Assembly: GCA_001949185.1 (NCBI GenBank)
Contig: BDGG01000001.1
Location: 696,128-760,127, forward strand
Origin: Ramazzottius varieornatus
Taxonomy: Eukaryota > Animalia > Tardigrada
Reading direction: 5' to 3'
Length of the DNA: 64,000 bases
This document shows, piece after piece, positions 63,315-64,000 of this stretch (positions are counted from its first letter, which is position 1; each line of letters opens with the position of its first letter). The notes beneath the pieces were generated by a model that ran no database searches, was not told where the DNA came from, and saw nothing but the letters and a program-made list of their open reading frames with translations. The position numbers and the translations under genes were made by a program.

Positions 63315-63996
63315 CTACGCTCTATTATCATCGTCGCTGCTGTTATCGAGAGACAGAATGCGTTTGCCGGTCTTCGGAAGTTTGACGAAGCGACCGTCGG
63401 CGTTCAGCTTCAGAATTTTGTTGACCTTCGCCATCTGTCCCTTGTCACCAGCCTTGGTCACGAACTTTGACTTTCATTTCCGTTTGCGTGAACCTTCTTC
63501 CTCTTGCCCACAAATGTCCAATTCGGTATCGCTAGATTCCAGGAAGGATGATCCGGCGTATTGGGTCAGGTACTCGATCAGCGGGATGTGTTCTTTTATA
63601 GTTTCAACCAGCTTGTACTGGTTTCTTGTTTCTTGTCTCATCAGCTCAGTCATCTATCCATTCATGGCATTCAGAAACAGGGTCTTGTCAAGCTCGCACG
63701 ACGCCATCTTGAATTCTCTCTCGAGAAAAACTGGAAATAAAGAATGGTAAGTCTCGTCGGACGGTTCGAACCAGTGGCAGAATCTTGCCAGCTTGCTGCT
63801 GGTATACGAGGTGGTAGTCGTAAAGAGTTCGCTTGTTNNNNNNNNNNNNNNNNNNNNNNNNNNNNNNNNNNNNNNNNNNNNNNNNNNCGCAACAAGCAAA
63901 CTCTTCAAATGGCTTAGGACTGTGGGCCCAATAGGACTGGAGCGTGTAGTCAGACCATACCATGTTATTCAATATGGGATACATGACGTCATGCAC
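63315..63996 (-). pseudogene. Decayed intronless ORF of unknown identity, running off the window/gap
   Basis: One frame 63836->63315 with two internal stops (TAG 63654-63656, TGA 63474-63476); protein-like composition; another open segment lies upstream of the gap. Confidence 0.45.
63838..63887. other. Assembly gap (50 N)
   Basis: Run of N. Confidence 1.
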
Positions 63997-64000
63997 AACA

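Noticed and set aside
63237-63470. Plus-strand ORF MAQKELYQELRRLEKQ..
   Set aside because: Short, no recognisable domain, and mostly antisense to the longer decayed minus-strand frame.

Overview
Eukaryotic (animal) genomic DNA with GT-AG introns and two 50-N assembly gaps (56496-56545, 63838-63887). The twitchin and PINCH sequences look protostome and closest to panarthropod forms; a tardigrade-like compact genome is plausible but I cannot establish the species. Four intact multi-exon genes can be built by hand. (1) A giant muscle kinase of the twitchin/projectin family (+, ~322-35310; about 32 Ig, 27 FnIII, one MLCK-like kinase). (2, 3) Two tandem relaxin-receptor-like LGRs (LDLa + 10 LRR + 7TM; +, 39596-44297 and 45501-50730). 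(4) A PINCH/LIMS five-LIM adaptor (-, 61751-59748). Intergenic DNA holds non-autonomous DNA-transposon-like elements (hAT-like, Tc1/mariner-like, TA-CTGTA MITEs, a long foldback) and decayed reading frames. The most striking unexplained structure is a family of ~17 palindromic elements found only inside introns. In it, conserved inverted cores (CAAGTGGCGCA...TGCGCCACTTG) enclose a strongly diverged spacer of almost invariant 27-bp length, present in both orientations. Also notable: PINCH LIM5 has lost all four ligands of its first zinc finger, one LGR has lost the TM6 proline, and the two LGR paralogs differ in several intron positions. Exon boundaries are manual predictions with no transcript evidence.
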